Source: a virus. Taken from it: a stretch of DNA of 64,000 bases. The notes beneath the pieces were generated by a model. That model did no database searches and was not told where the DNA came from. It saw only the letters and a list, made by a program, of their open reading frames with translations. Within the stretch, counting starts at the first letter, position 1, and every line of letters starts with the position of its first letter. Position numbers and translations under genes: made by a program. Below are positions 1 to 7,851 of this stretch, piece by piece. Where the stretch lies: positions 37,887 to 101,886 of IMG/VR virus record IMGVR_UViG_3300028374_000008; one strand, 5' to 3'.

Positions 1-101
1 CTGGGTACGTGACACAAAGACGGCAGACAAAATTACAACCCGCATCGCCGATGACGAGAACCTCCAACAACTTTTCCAACCCGACAACTTAGTCTTCAAA
101 T

Positions 102-3100
102 ATGGCTGATACCGAAACGATTTCCCCTCCCAGCTGGAAGCGTGCAAAGAAAGCCCACAGCTGCGTTGGATGTCCTTTCCAACGTTCGCAGTGCATGCTC
201 TCCGGCCTCTATAACCCCAACGCAACACTCACCATCGTCGCTGAAGCACCCGCTCCTGACACCATGTCCGCACGGCTGCCGTTCCAAGACAGAGAGGCGG
301 CTGTCATCCGAGAGATTATTCGTAAGGTCCGTGTCCAACACGGCTTGCCTGTTCAGTACAACGCAGCATACGTCGTCGGCGCCGCCCACCAGCGTGCGCC
401 AAAGAAAGCAATCGTCACGCAGTGCTTCCCCTACTTAGAAGAAAAGCTTGGTGAGCACCGCAAGTACTACGACCACTTCAAACCTGACTGTGACAACATG
501 CACGTCATCGTCACGCTCGGTAAAACGGCCACGCAAGCGTTCTTACCTCGCATGGGGTCGCTTAAAAGCGCACGGGGCAAAGCCATTGAGATAACGGTGG
601 GGGACCGGGACTTCATCATCATCCCGACGTACGGCCCGCTTCAGCTTCTGTACACGCCGGGCCTGTCCCGTACGATCAAGCGTGACATCCACAAGGCGTG
701 GCGCCTGTCCCGTCAATCGTCTCTGGACGCGCGAGCGCCTCTTGAGGAGCTCACCGCTGAGTATGTGTACCCCAAGACCCTCGAGGAGGTCGAAGCAGTC
801 TGTACGGAGATTCTGTCGTACACAGACCCGGATAAACGTCCCGACCCAGACGACTGGCCCATCGCAGTCGACATCGAGACCAACACACTTCATCCCTACC
901 AGCCCGACGCGCGTGTAAACGTTGTGTCGATTGCGTGGGACGATGGTCTTGCGACGTCCATCCTGCTCGACCACCCCGACGTTGCGTACGACACCGCGCA
1001 AGCGTGGCCGCACGTCGCCAAAGTCTTGGCCTCGAACAAGCCAAAGGTCTTCCACAACGGCCGCTTCGACATTCAGTTCCTGGAGCACCGCTTAGGTCAC
1101 AAGGTCAACAACCTGTGGTGGGACACCATGTTGGCGGAGCACTTCTTGGACGAGGACAAGAAAGGGGAGTACAGCCTCAAAGTTCTGGCAGGGCACTACA
1201 CTGAGGAGTACGCAGGCTACGAGAACATCTTGCAGCAAGCGTTCTTTGATGACGAGCTTGAGCGTCGCCGCGCCGACTTACCCGAAGGGCAAACCGCCCC
1301 TGACTGCGAGCAGTCCTGGGCACTCATGGCGTTCTTCCCTGGGCTAGACTACAAACCGTCATTTCTGCAGGTCGATGAGGACGAGGATTTAGAGCTCAAG
1401 AAAGAGCTTTTCAACCTCGACAAGGACTACCTCAACGCCCACGTCAACAACTACAGCAAGGGCAAAACCAGTGCGCGCGGCAAGATTAACCGCCGGTGCG
1501 ACAAGCACGACTTAGAACGTCCTGACACGGTAGACGACCTCGACTTCCAGCGCGTCGGGGACAACGGCTTTGAGCACATTCCAACGCCGGTGCTGTTGCG
1601 TTACGCAGCGGTCGACGCCGACATCACGCGTCAGATTGTACGGTCGCAGCGCCAGCGCATGGTCTTGGCGGACGTTGAGGAGCAGACGGTGTTCCGAGAC
1701 GGTAAGCGCACGATGACTGAGCTGTACGTGCCAGGGACAATGGCCCTGTCTCGCATGGAGTACAAAGGCACACGGATGAACATTGAGCTCATCGAGACGT
1801 ACCGCGAAGAAGCGGCAGTGCTCGAGGACAAAGCGCTGGCTGCGCTGCGTCAGTTGATCTGCCAACCTGAGTTCAACCCAAACTCGACCAACGACTTAGC
1901 GCAGGTCGTTGAGTACGCTCTCGACATCCCAAGAGGCGATCTACAGTACACCGACGAAGGGTCTATCAGCGTGACCAAGGATTGGTACAACGCCATGGCC
2001 ACGAAGTTTGAAGGCTCGTACACCGGCGAGTTCATGTACTACCTGCAGGTCTTTAAAGCGGCAGCCAAAACACGATCGTCGTTCCTAAAGAAGTTCGTTG
2101 AGATGGCCAAGCTCGACGGACGCATCCACACACGTTTCAACCTAAACGGTACAGCGACGGGACGTCTGTCGTCTGCTGGGCCCAACCTGCAAAACGTGCC
2201 ACTGTACATGTGCCGCTTCCAGCCTCCGCCTGGCATTGAGCTTGGCCACTCCGGCATGAACATCAAAGCAGCCTTTATCCCGTCGACAGACGACAAGGTG
2301 TTCTTCCAGCTCGACATTGCTGCTGCTGAGATTCGAGTGCTGTGTGCCTACGCTCGCGACCCCAAGCTGATTAAGGCGTTGCGTGAAGGCCTGGACGTCC
2401 ACTCCTTTGTGGCGTCCGAGATCTTCGATATTCCGTATGACGAGGTCTACGCCAACAAGGACATCGACCCCGAGATGAAGCTCAAGCGTACGGCCACCAA
2501 GCGTGTGGTCTTCGGGATGATTTACGGGGCGGGGCCATACAAGATCGCCGAGCAAATCTACGGTGCGCTGGCACCAGAGGACTCGGACGAGTTTCACAAG
2601 CAGGTGGGTTTTGCCAAAGAAGTGATGAGCCTTTTGTTTGACCGGTTCTCCGGCATCCAGAAGTACATCGACGAGACGCATCGCACCGTAGACAGCCGCG
2701 GCTTCGTGACCACCTACTTTGGGCGGTACCGACGCTTCCCGCTCAAAGACACGTCGTGGAAGCTTGCACGACGTGCTGAGCGCATGGCGGTTAACTTCAA
2801 GATCCAGTCCACGGCGTCGGACATCGTGCTGTCGCAGTTGTGCGAGGTCGAAGAACACATCCACGAAATAGGAGGAGACTTACTGCTGACCGTCCACGAC
2901 TCCGTGGCCGGCGAGATTGACCGTGACCGCGTCCCTGAGATGCGAGCGTTCTTTGACCACTACATTGTAGAGCGGGTCAAAGAGCGGTTCCCCTGGCTGC
3001 CTGTGCCGTTCAAGTACGACCTTGAGGTAGGCCCAAGCTACGGAGAGCTCGTGGCTTACGAAGTTCTAGAAAAAGGCCCCGACGCGGTACCCGACGGCAT

Positions 3101-3152
3101 GCGGCCCAAGATTGATGACTACATGTCCCGTGCGGGGCTCACATATTTTTAA
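102..3152 (+). CDS. polA: Phage DNA polymerase, family A, with N-terminal family-4 UDG-like domain and 3'-5' exonuclease (SPO1-like architecture)
   Basis: Exo motifs VDIET, FHNGRFD, YAAVD; Pol motifs TATGRLSS, LDIAAAEIRVL (A), KRVVFGMIYG (B), LTVHDS (C); N-terminal CxxC..IVAEAP..VIVTLGKTA..PTYGP UDG-like signature. Confidence 0.95.
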   Translation: MADTETISPPSWKRAKKAHSCVGCPFQRSQCMLSGLYNPNATLTIVAEAPAPDTMSARLPFQDREAAVIREIIRKVRVQHGLPVQYNAAYVVGAAHQRAPKKAIVTQCFPYLEEKLGEHRKYYDHFKPDCDNMHVIVTLGKTATQAFLPRMGSLKSARGKAIEITVGDRDFIIIPTYGPLQLLYTPGLSRTIKRDIHKAWRLSRQSSLDARAPLEELTAEYVYPKTLEEVEAVCTEILSYTDPDKRPDPDDWPIAVDIETNTLHPYQPDARVNVVSIAWDDGLATSILLDHPDVAYDTAQAWPHVAKVLASNKPKVFHNGRFDIQFLEHRLGHKVNNLWWDTMLAEHFLDEDKKGEYSLKVLAGHYTEEYAGYENILQQAFFDDELERRRADLPEGQTAPDCEQSWALMAFFPGLDYKPSFLQVDEDEDLELKKELFNLDKDYLNAHVNNYSKGKTSARGKINRRCDKHDLERPDTVDDLDFQRVGDNGFEHIPTPVLLRYAAVDADITRQIVRSQRQRMVLADVEEQTVFRDGKRTMTELYVPGTMALSRMEYKGTRMNIELIETYREEAAVLEDKALAALRQLICQPEFNPNSTNDLAQVVEYALDIPRGDLQYTDEGSISVTKDWYNAMATKFEGSYTGEFMYYLQVFKAAAKTRSSFLKKFVEMAKLDGRIHTRFNLNGTATGRLSSAGPNLQNVPLYMCRFQPPPGIELGHSGMNIKAAFIPSTDDKVFFQLDIAAAEIRVLCAYARDPKLIKALREGLDVHSFVASEIFDIPYDEVYANKDIDPEMKLKRTATKRVVFGMIYGAGPYKIAEQIYGALAPEDSDEFHKQVGFAKEVMSLLFDRFSGIQKYIDETHRTVDSRGFVTTYFGRYRRFPLKDTSWKLARRAERMAVNFKIQSTASDIVLSQLCEVEEHIHEIGGDLLLTVHDSVAGEIDRDRVPEMRAFFDHYIVERVKERFPWLPVPFKYDLEVGPSYGELVAYEVLEKGPDAVPDGMRPKIDDYMSRAGLTYF

Positions 3153-3161
3153 CACGTAGGA

Positions 3162-3479
3162 GTGCACATGATTGACGATAAGCACCTGCTCATACTGGCG
3201 TTCTCCACACCGGGGCGCTACCTCATGGGGTTGTCCAAGGTCTCCGCCGATGCGTACAACGCCGACTCTATGGTCACGCTGTATAGCCCAGTGCACATGA
3301 CGTACATGGACGATCGCATCACGATTCAGCCCATTTCGTTCATGAAAGTATTTCTGGCTTCGATGGATGCTTACGCAGGCATGGGCGATGCCGATAAGCA
3401 GGCGGAGGACGCGTACGCCTCGTGGTACCAACTTCGCAAAAATCCTCCGAAATTTGAGGTAGAAGAAGATGTATCTTAA
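3162..3479 (+). CDS. Hypothetical protein
   Basis: 105 aa ORF with AGGAG RBS directly after the polymerase. Confidence 0.7.
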   Translation: MHMIDDKHLLILAFSTPGRYLMGLSKVSADAYNADSMVTLYSPVHMTYMDDRITIQPISFMKVFLASMDAYAGMGDADKQAEDAYASWYQLRKNPPKFEVEEDVS

Positions 3480-3510
3480 CCCAGTCATGCTCAGGCACTG
3501 ACACGGGTTG

Positions 3511-3736
3511 CAGCAATAGAACACCACGGCACCGGTGTTAGTAGGCGTTACGCCTACGCTTTTCACCGCCTGGCCCAGCGCTCGCGAGAGACCCTGGGAG
3601 GCGTAGTGGAAAAGGGCCAGGCGCCTGAACGGCGCCATCTCCTCTTATACACTCCTGCAGTTTGGAGGGTTCCTGGAAGTGATGAAATCCAGAAGCTCCG
3701 AGCTCGAGACGGGGGGGAGTAGAAATAGTATTGCTG
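3511..3736 (+). ncRNA. Retron-like msr-msd ncRNA, unit 1
   Basis: a2 CAGCAATA (3511-3518), G3519, hairpin AACACC/GGTGTT, A, hairpin GTAGGCG-TTA-CGCCTAC (3541-3557), structured payload, AAATAG, then a1 TATTGCTG (3729-3736), the exact reverse complement of a2. Confidence 0.8.
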
Positions 3737-3746
3737 ATGCACAGTA

Positions 3747-3991
3747 TGAACGTAGAACACCACGGCACCGGTGTTAGTAGGCGTTACGCCTACGTTTTTC
3801 ACCGCCTGGCCAGGAGCTTGCGAGAGTCCCTGGGAGGCGTAGTGTAAAGGGCCAGGCGCTCTTCGAGCGCTCCTCCGCCGCCGGCCATCGTATCCTCATC
3901 CGAGGACTCGATACATTCGTCCATGGAAAGAACGTGATATTACGCGAATCTTTTCAGAAGGAGCCCGGGCGGCCGAGAAATAGTACGTTCA
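3747..3991 (+). ncRNA. Retron-like msr-msd ncRNA, unit 2
   Basis: a2 TGAACGTA (3747-3754), G3755, same two msr hairpins as unit 1 (second at 3777-3793), different distal payload, AAATAG, then a1 TACGTTCA (3984-3991). Confidence 0.8.
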
Positions 3992-3993
3992 CG

Positions 3994-4318
3994 TAGTAAG
4001 TTCCTAGACGCTTTCGTGAAAGCGAGACAGCGTTACGCTGTCGTTTCTTACTTCACCAGCTTTGATCATAAGTCCTGGCTGACTTATGATCATGCGCACG
4101 TAGTAGGAACTTTCCCTCACACGAGCTAGTCGTGTCTCCTGGCTCAGTCAGTAGGGACTTCACGCTCAACGCCTCAAACCCGAGCTTGCCCTGGCGCCTG
4201 TTCGCTACGCTCACGTCAGCCTGTGCAAGATCGGTTTGCGGATGTAGTAGGGACTTCACGCTCAACAAGCAATTCACACTGACGTTTCCAGTGTGAATCG
4301 CATGTAGTAGGCTTACTA
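3994..4318 (+). ncRNA. Retron-like ncRNA, unit 3: one msr followed by four msd-like hairpin cassettes, each ending in an a1-like repeat
   Basis: a2 AAGTTCCTA (3998-4006), G4007, hairpin CGCTTTC/GAAAGCG, A, hairpin GACAGCG-TTA-CGCTGTC (4026-4042); a1-like sites TAGGAACTT (4104-4112), TAGGGACTT (4152-4160 and 4248-4256), TAGGCTTACTA (4308-4318). Confidence 0.7.
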
Positions 4319-4322
4319 AGTT

Positions 4323-4423
4323 GCACCACCAGAGACGGGTCTGTAACACCCCCCGACCCGTTGACCAGCGTTACAGGCATGGTCACGCTACGTCTCTGGT
4401 GGTGCTTTTTTCTTTCCTTTTTT
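4323..4423 (+). terminator. Long hairpin plus U-tract (intrinsic terminator-like) inside the ncRNA array
   Basis: 15-bp perfect stem GCACCACCAGAGACG (4323-4337) / CGTCTCTGGTGGTGC (4391-4405) followed by TTTTTTCTTTCCTTTTTT. Confidence 0.55.
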
Positions 4424-4585
4424 ACCTCGAACAGACGGTAGGATCTCCGAGTAGGCGCTACGCCTACGCACGCCGCACACCCTTTCTTCGAAAGGATGGA
4501 TGCACCTGATCCCACGCCGAGAAGGATATGGAGACGCAATCCCCCAGCTCCCTGGCGGCCCAGTTGTAAAATAGTGTTCAGAGGT
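4424..4585 (+). ncRNA. Retron-like msr-msd ncRNA, unit 4
   Basis: a2 ACCTCGAACA (4424-4433), G4434, short hairpin, A, GTAGGCG-CTA-CGCCTAC (4451-4467), payload, AAAATAG, then a1 TGTTC(A)GAGGT (4575-4585, one bulged A). Confidence 0.75.
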
Positions 4586-4589
4586 TTAC

Positions 4590-4755
4590 CACGTAAACAG
4601 ACGACGTCGCGCGCGTCGTAGTAGGCGTTACGCCTACGCTTTTACCGCGCGCAGCACCTCCGTTGGAGGTGCTGATCAGATGCGCCTACACGCACTAAGT
4701 CGTGCATACGCGTATTTTTAACTGCCCCGGGCCCCGCATAAATAGTGTTTACGTG
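4590..4755 (+). ncRNA. Retron-like msr-msd ncRNA, unit 5
   Basis: a2 CACGTAAACA (4590-4599), G4600, hairpin ACGACG/CGTCGT, A, GTAGGCG-TTA-CGCCTAC (4621-4637), hairpin CAGCACCTCC-GTT-GGAGGTGCTG, TAAATAG, then a1 TGTTTACGTG (4746-4755), a perfect 10 bp match. Confidence 0.8.
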
Positions 4756-6353
4756 CCTGTCATATTGATGGGGTAGAACTCCATCGTTCCCTTCGCCACT
4801 TCCATACCCACGCGACCAAACACCTGCGCGTGAAGCGCATCGTCGGGGACAGACGGGAAGTGGCGCCACACACGACGTCCGTCCCCTTTTTTGGTGACCT
4901 CTTCGTACTCAGCAAGGATGTCGTCTATCGCGGGCTTCATCTGCGTGGGGTGTGCGAAAAAGACGTTCCCGTTTTTGTAGTCAAGCATCATGGCATCAAT
5001 GGCCGCTGTGCGGTCCACGCTGTAGCGGTCTTTGCCGTTCCAGCGGATGTGCTGTGAGATAGAACCGTACTGGGCTTGCATGACTTTGTGTGAGCCCAGC
5101 CCTTCCACCAACATGGCGTTTGCGACCGCGCCTCCACCTGCATCACCGCAAACCAGGTCGACCCCGTAGTCTTTGCATATGCTTATGATTTCTCGCACAT
5201 CCGCCACCGCGTTCGCCGTCGGGAAGATGTGGTAGTACAACGTCTTCATGCGCCCGTCTGGCATCAATCCCCAGATGTGAATCACGGTACGCGACGCGTA
5301 CTCCGACGACCCGCCGCCGGACCAGTCTACCCCTGCAACAATCTTTGAGACTTTCCGGAACATCTTCTTGTCCGGCTTGCGCTTGATCTTGTAGTCCCGG
5401 CACAGATTCTCCAGGTCTTCTTGAGACACCATGCGCGTACCGATGGCATCGGATACACCTAAGACCTCGTTTTTAAACTTCGACTCAGAGTACGTGTCGT
5501 ACTTGTAGAGCACTCGACTCCAGCGTTTCTCAGACTCATTGTTGAGCGGCATGATGAGCTGAGAGACATGGAACCCGCGGATGTATGCGCCGGGGTTCAT
5601 GGAGTACCAGATCCCTTTACGGGGATTTAAGTTCTTGCCGCACTTAACGCAGATGATACCCGTCTTGCCGATGTGACGATCGTCGATGACGTAGTTGTAT
5701 TTGTTGCACCCCTCACACTTCATCAACCACTCGTCCTGAGTGGAATGCTGCCACAAGTACTCGATGGTGTTCTCCATCGACTTGGGCGTTCCGAAGTACC
5801 ACGTCCACCCGTACTCGGACTCCGCCATACACTCGTTCACGACGGGGACGACGGCATCGTAGATGATGTCCTGAATCTCATCCCAGACGAGCTGGTCAGC
5901 CGAAACACCACGCACCCGGTCAGGATCGTCTGATGCGTAGCTTAGGACCACTTCGGCACCGTTTGAGAAGTGCTTCATCCCAACGTTCATCGGGATGGAT
6001 GGGTCCGTAAAGTTGTTGCGGATGTGTGGTGAGTACGTGATCCCCTTCTGCAAACGGGAGTGGGAGAAGCGTGCCGTCTGTCCCTGCGACGGGGACACGA
6101 ACAACGTACGAAAGTGCGGTATCGCAATGGAGTTTGTCAGGATCATATTGTTGCCAGTCGTAGACTTGGCAACCTGACGCCCGCACTTCATCAGCAGAGC
6201 CTGCCAGTTCCCATCGTAAATGGGACGGTAGAACTCGTAGTTTTGAAAGCTAAACGGCTCGCCTTCGAGGTGTATTAACGCTTCAGTGAGCTGCGATCTG
6301 GTATAAGAACCTAGATCGTTTGGGTCAGCTTTGCGGTTAACATTTAACAGCAC
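4749..6353 (-). CDS. terL: Terminase large subunit (GpA-like ATPase plus RNase H-fold nuclease)
   Basis: Walker A-like KCGRQVAKST, Walker B WDEIQD, coupling motif GTP, CxxC..CxxC, nuclease AGVDWSG and DDALHA. Confidence 0.9.
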   Translation of the reverse strand: MLLNVNRKADPNDLGSYTRSQLTEALIHLEGEPFSFQNYEFYRPIYDGNWQALLMKCGRQVAKSTTGNNMILTNSIAIPHFRTLFVSPSQGQTARFSHSRLQKGITYSPHIRNNFTDPSIPMNVGMKHFSNGAEVVLSYASDDPDRVRGVSADQLVWDEIQDIIYDAVVPVVNECMAESEYGWTWYFGTPKSMENTIEYLWQHSTQDEWLMKCEGCNKYNYVIDDRHIGKTGIICVKCGKNLNPRKGIWYSMNPGAYIRGFHVSQLIMPLNNESEKRWSRVLYKYDTYSESKFKNEVLGVSDAIGTRMVSQEDLENLCRDYKIKRKPDKKMFRKVSKIVAGVDWSGGGSSEYASRTVIHIWGLMPDGRMKTLYYHIFPTANAVADVREIISICKDYGVDLVCGDAGGGAVANAMLVEGLGSHKVMQAQYGSISQHIRWNGKDRYSVDRTAAIDAMMLDYKNGNVFFAHPTQMKPAIDDILAEYEEVTKKGDGRRVWRHFPSVPDDALHAQVFGRVGMEVAKGTMEFYPINMTGT

Positions 6354-6364
6354 CGGAGATACCT

Positions 6365-6490
6365 ATGAATTGGTTTTTCTCAGCAATCATGACCGTTGTA
6401 GTGTGGTCGGCGATGATCGCCTTCGCACTCGCTCACCCTGTACTTGGCGGTCTTTTCATCCTCGGCGCAGTGCTGGTCGCTGCCCGATAA
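6365..6490 (+). CDS. Small membrane peptide (41 aa, MNWFFSAIMTVVVWSAMIAFALAHPVLGGLFILGAVLVAAR), not in the ORF track
   Basis: GGAG RBS at 6355, ATG 6365, TAA 6488-6490, almost entirely hydrophobic. Confidence 0.6.
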   Translation: MNWFFSAIMTVVVWSAMIAFALAHPVLGGLFILGAVLVAAR

Positions 6491-6534
6491 CTGGCGCTTC
6501 ATGCGCCCTTCCTCCACTACGGAGATGTTACAGC

Positions 6535-7851
6535 ATGTCTGATAACGCACAAAATGTCACCTCGTATGCCGATAAGATCGGCCTGGAACCCGTTAGCTTG
6601 AGCGTCGCACGCGGCGTTGCACAACTGTGTTGGTACGACCGGCACGTCCCGATGTTCATCTCAGAGTCGGGTATCGGCAAGACGGCGCTCATGAAGTCGC
6701 TCGGCCGTGCCCACGATATGGACGTCATCATCTACTCACTGGCCCACTGTGAGCCAAGCGACATCACCGGCCCCATGTGGCCGACCAAAGACGGCACCGC
6801 ATTCACCAACCTGCGTGACGAGCGCGTCCCCATTGAAGGCGAAGACGACCGGGCGCTGGCGTTTTGCGACGAGCCAAACCGCGCCGATATGACGACGCTC
6901 AACGCTGTCTTCCCTCTGTGGACAGAGCGGCGGCTGGGCTCGCACAAGATTGGTGAAAACGTTGTCGTCGCGGCAGCTATGAATCCACCTGAGGGGGATT
7001 ACGCAGTTACCTCACAGTTCTCCACTGACCCGGCCATGCGCCGGCGTACGTGTCAGATCTACGTTATCTTCAACCTCAACGAGTGGGCACGCCACGCCAA
7101 AAATCCTGGCCAGGCAGCAGAGATCGACCACTTCCCTCGGCTCGACAACAAAGAGCGGTTCGCCAATCGTGACCCGTACCGTCCGATGCACCATGCAGTC
7201 ATCGAGTTTGTTGAGGCGCATGCAGACCTCGCGCTCGACGTGAAGTCGCGTCAGGCAGGTAAGGTGTACGCAAACCCCGCGTCCTGGGAGCAGGTCTCCG
7301 ACACGTTCCACACCATTGAGGAGCTTGAGCTCGACACCGATTCCGCGTACGTCGAGCGCGTGGTGAAGACCAAGATCGCAGGCCACATCGGCGCAGCACT
7401 CTCCAACGATGTCTGGGCGTACTACCGGAAGCACGCAGACGTCATCGACCCGCGCGAAGTCTTGCTCGAGTACAAAACAGGCGCGCCTATCCACGAGAAA
7501 ATCCACCGCATGATTCAGCGTGGACACGTCGGCCAGCTCGCTTCGTTGACCAATGTCATGGCGTCGGTGTGGGTCAGCACGCCCGACATGGACGACAAGG
7601 TCGTCGCCAAGTGTCTGGGTCTGTTCTTGTCTGAGGTACCCATGCAGGTAGCCTCGCAGGTCATCGAGCATCTCACCGCACACGACGCTGAGTCATCCGC
7701 GGGCGGCGCCTCTGTGACGTCTGAACGCCTGGCCAAATTGTCGTTGTATTTGTCGTCAGACGACAACTTCAAGAAGTACCGTCGTCACCGAAACGAGACC
7801 GTCACTGAGAACGCGGCAGCTGCGAAAGCAGCTCAGAGCGATGCTAGCTGA
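6535..7851 (+). CDS. MoxR-like/AAA_5 ATPase
   Basis: Walker A SESGIGKT, Walker B FCDEPNR, AAMNP sensor, DPAMRRR arginine finger, NPASWE; start placed at ATG 6535 after GGAG. Confidence 0.85.
   Translation: MSDNAQNVTSYADKIGLEPVSLSVARGVAQLCWYDRHVPMFISESGIGKTALMKSLGRAHDMDVIIYSLAHCEPSDITGPMWPTKDGTAFTNLRDERVPIEGEDDRALAFCDEPNRADMTTLNAVFPLWTERRLGSHKIGENVVVAAAMNPPEGDYAVTSQFSTDPAMRRRTCQIYVIFNLNEWARHAKNPGQAAEIDHFPRLDNKERFANRDPYRPMHHAVIEFVEAHADLALDVKSRQAGKVYANPASWEQVSDTFHTIEELELDTDSAYVERVVKTKIAGHIGAALSNDVWAYYRKHADVIDPREVLLEYKTGAPIHEKIHRMIQRGHVGQLASLTNVMASVWVSTPDMDDKVVAKCLGLFLSEVPMQVASQVIEHLTAHDAESSAGGASVTSERLAKLSLYLSSDDNFKKYRRHRNETVTENAAAAKAAQSDAS

Noticed and set aside
1200-1600. Intein in the DNA polymerase insertion
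   Set aside because: No intein splice-junction (C/S...HN) or LAGLIDADG motifs visible
3511-4755. CRISPR array or REP-element interpretation of the GTAGGCGTTACGCCTAC hairpins
   Set aside because: Spacing is irregular (about 170-425 nt), no cas or RAYT genes are visible in the window, and the unit-specific flanking inverted repeats fit retron grammar better
3538-4869. Short ORFs predicted over the array (3538-3768, 3563-3802, 4053-4349, 4216-4539, 4321-4509, 4642-4869)
   Set aside because: No clear RBS or recognisable motifs; the repeats are conserved as base-paired structure with compensatory changes rather than as codons
6331-6534. N-terminal extension of the AAA ORF given in the ORF track (likewise the listed starts at 12003, 16223, 18600, 37347 and 44125)
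   Set aside because: Better starts with RBS or translational coupling lie downstream, and the extensions overlap other genes
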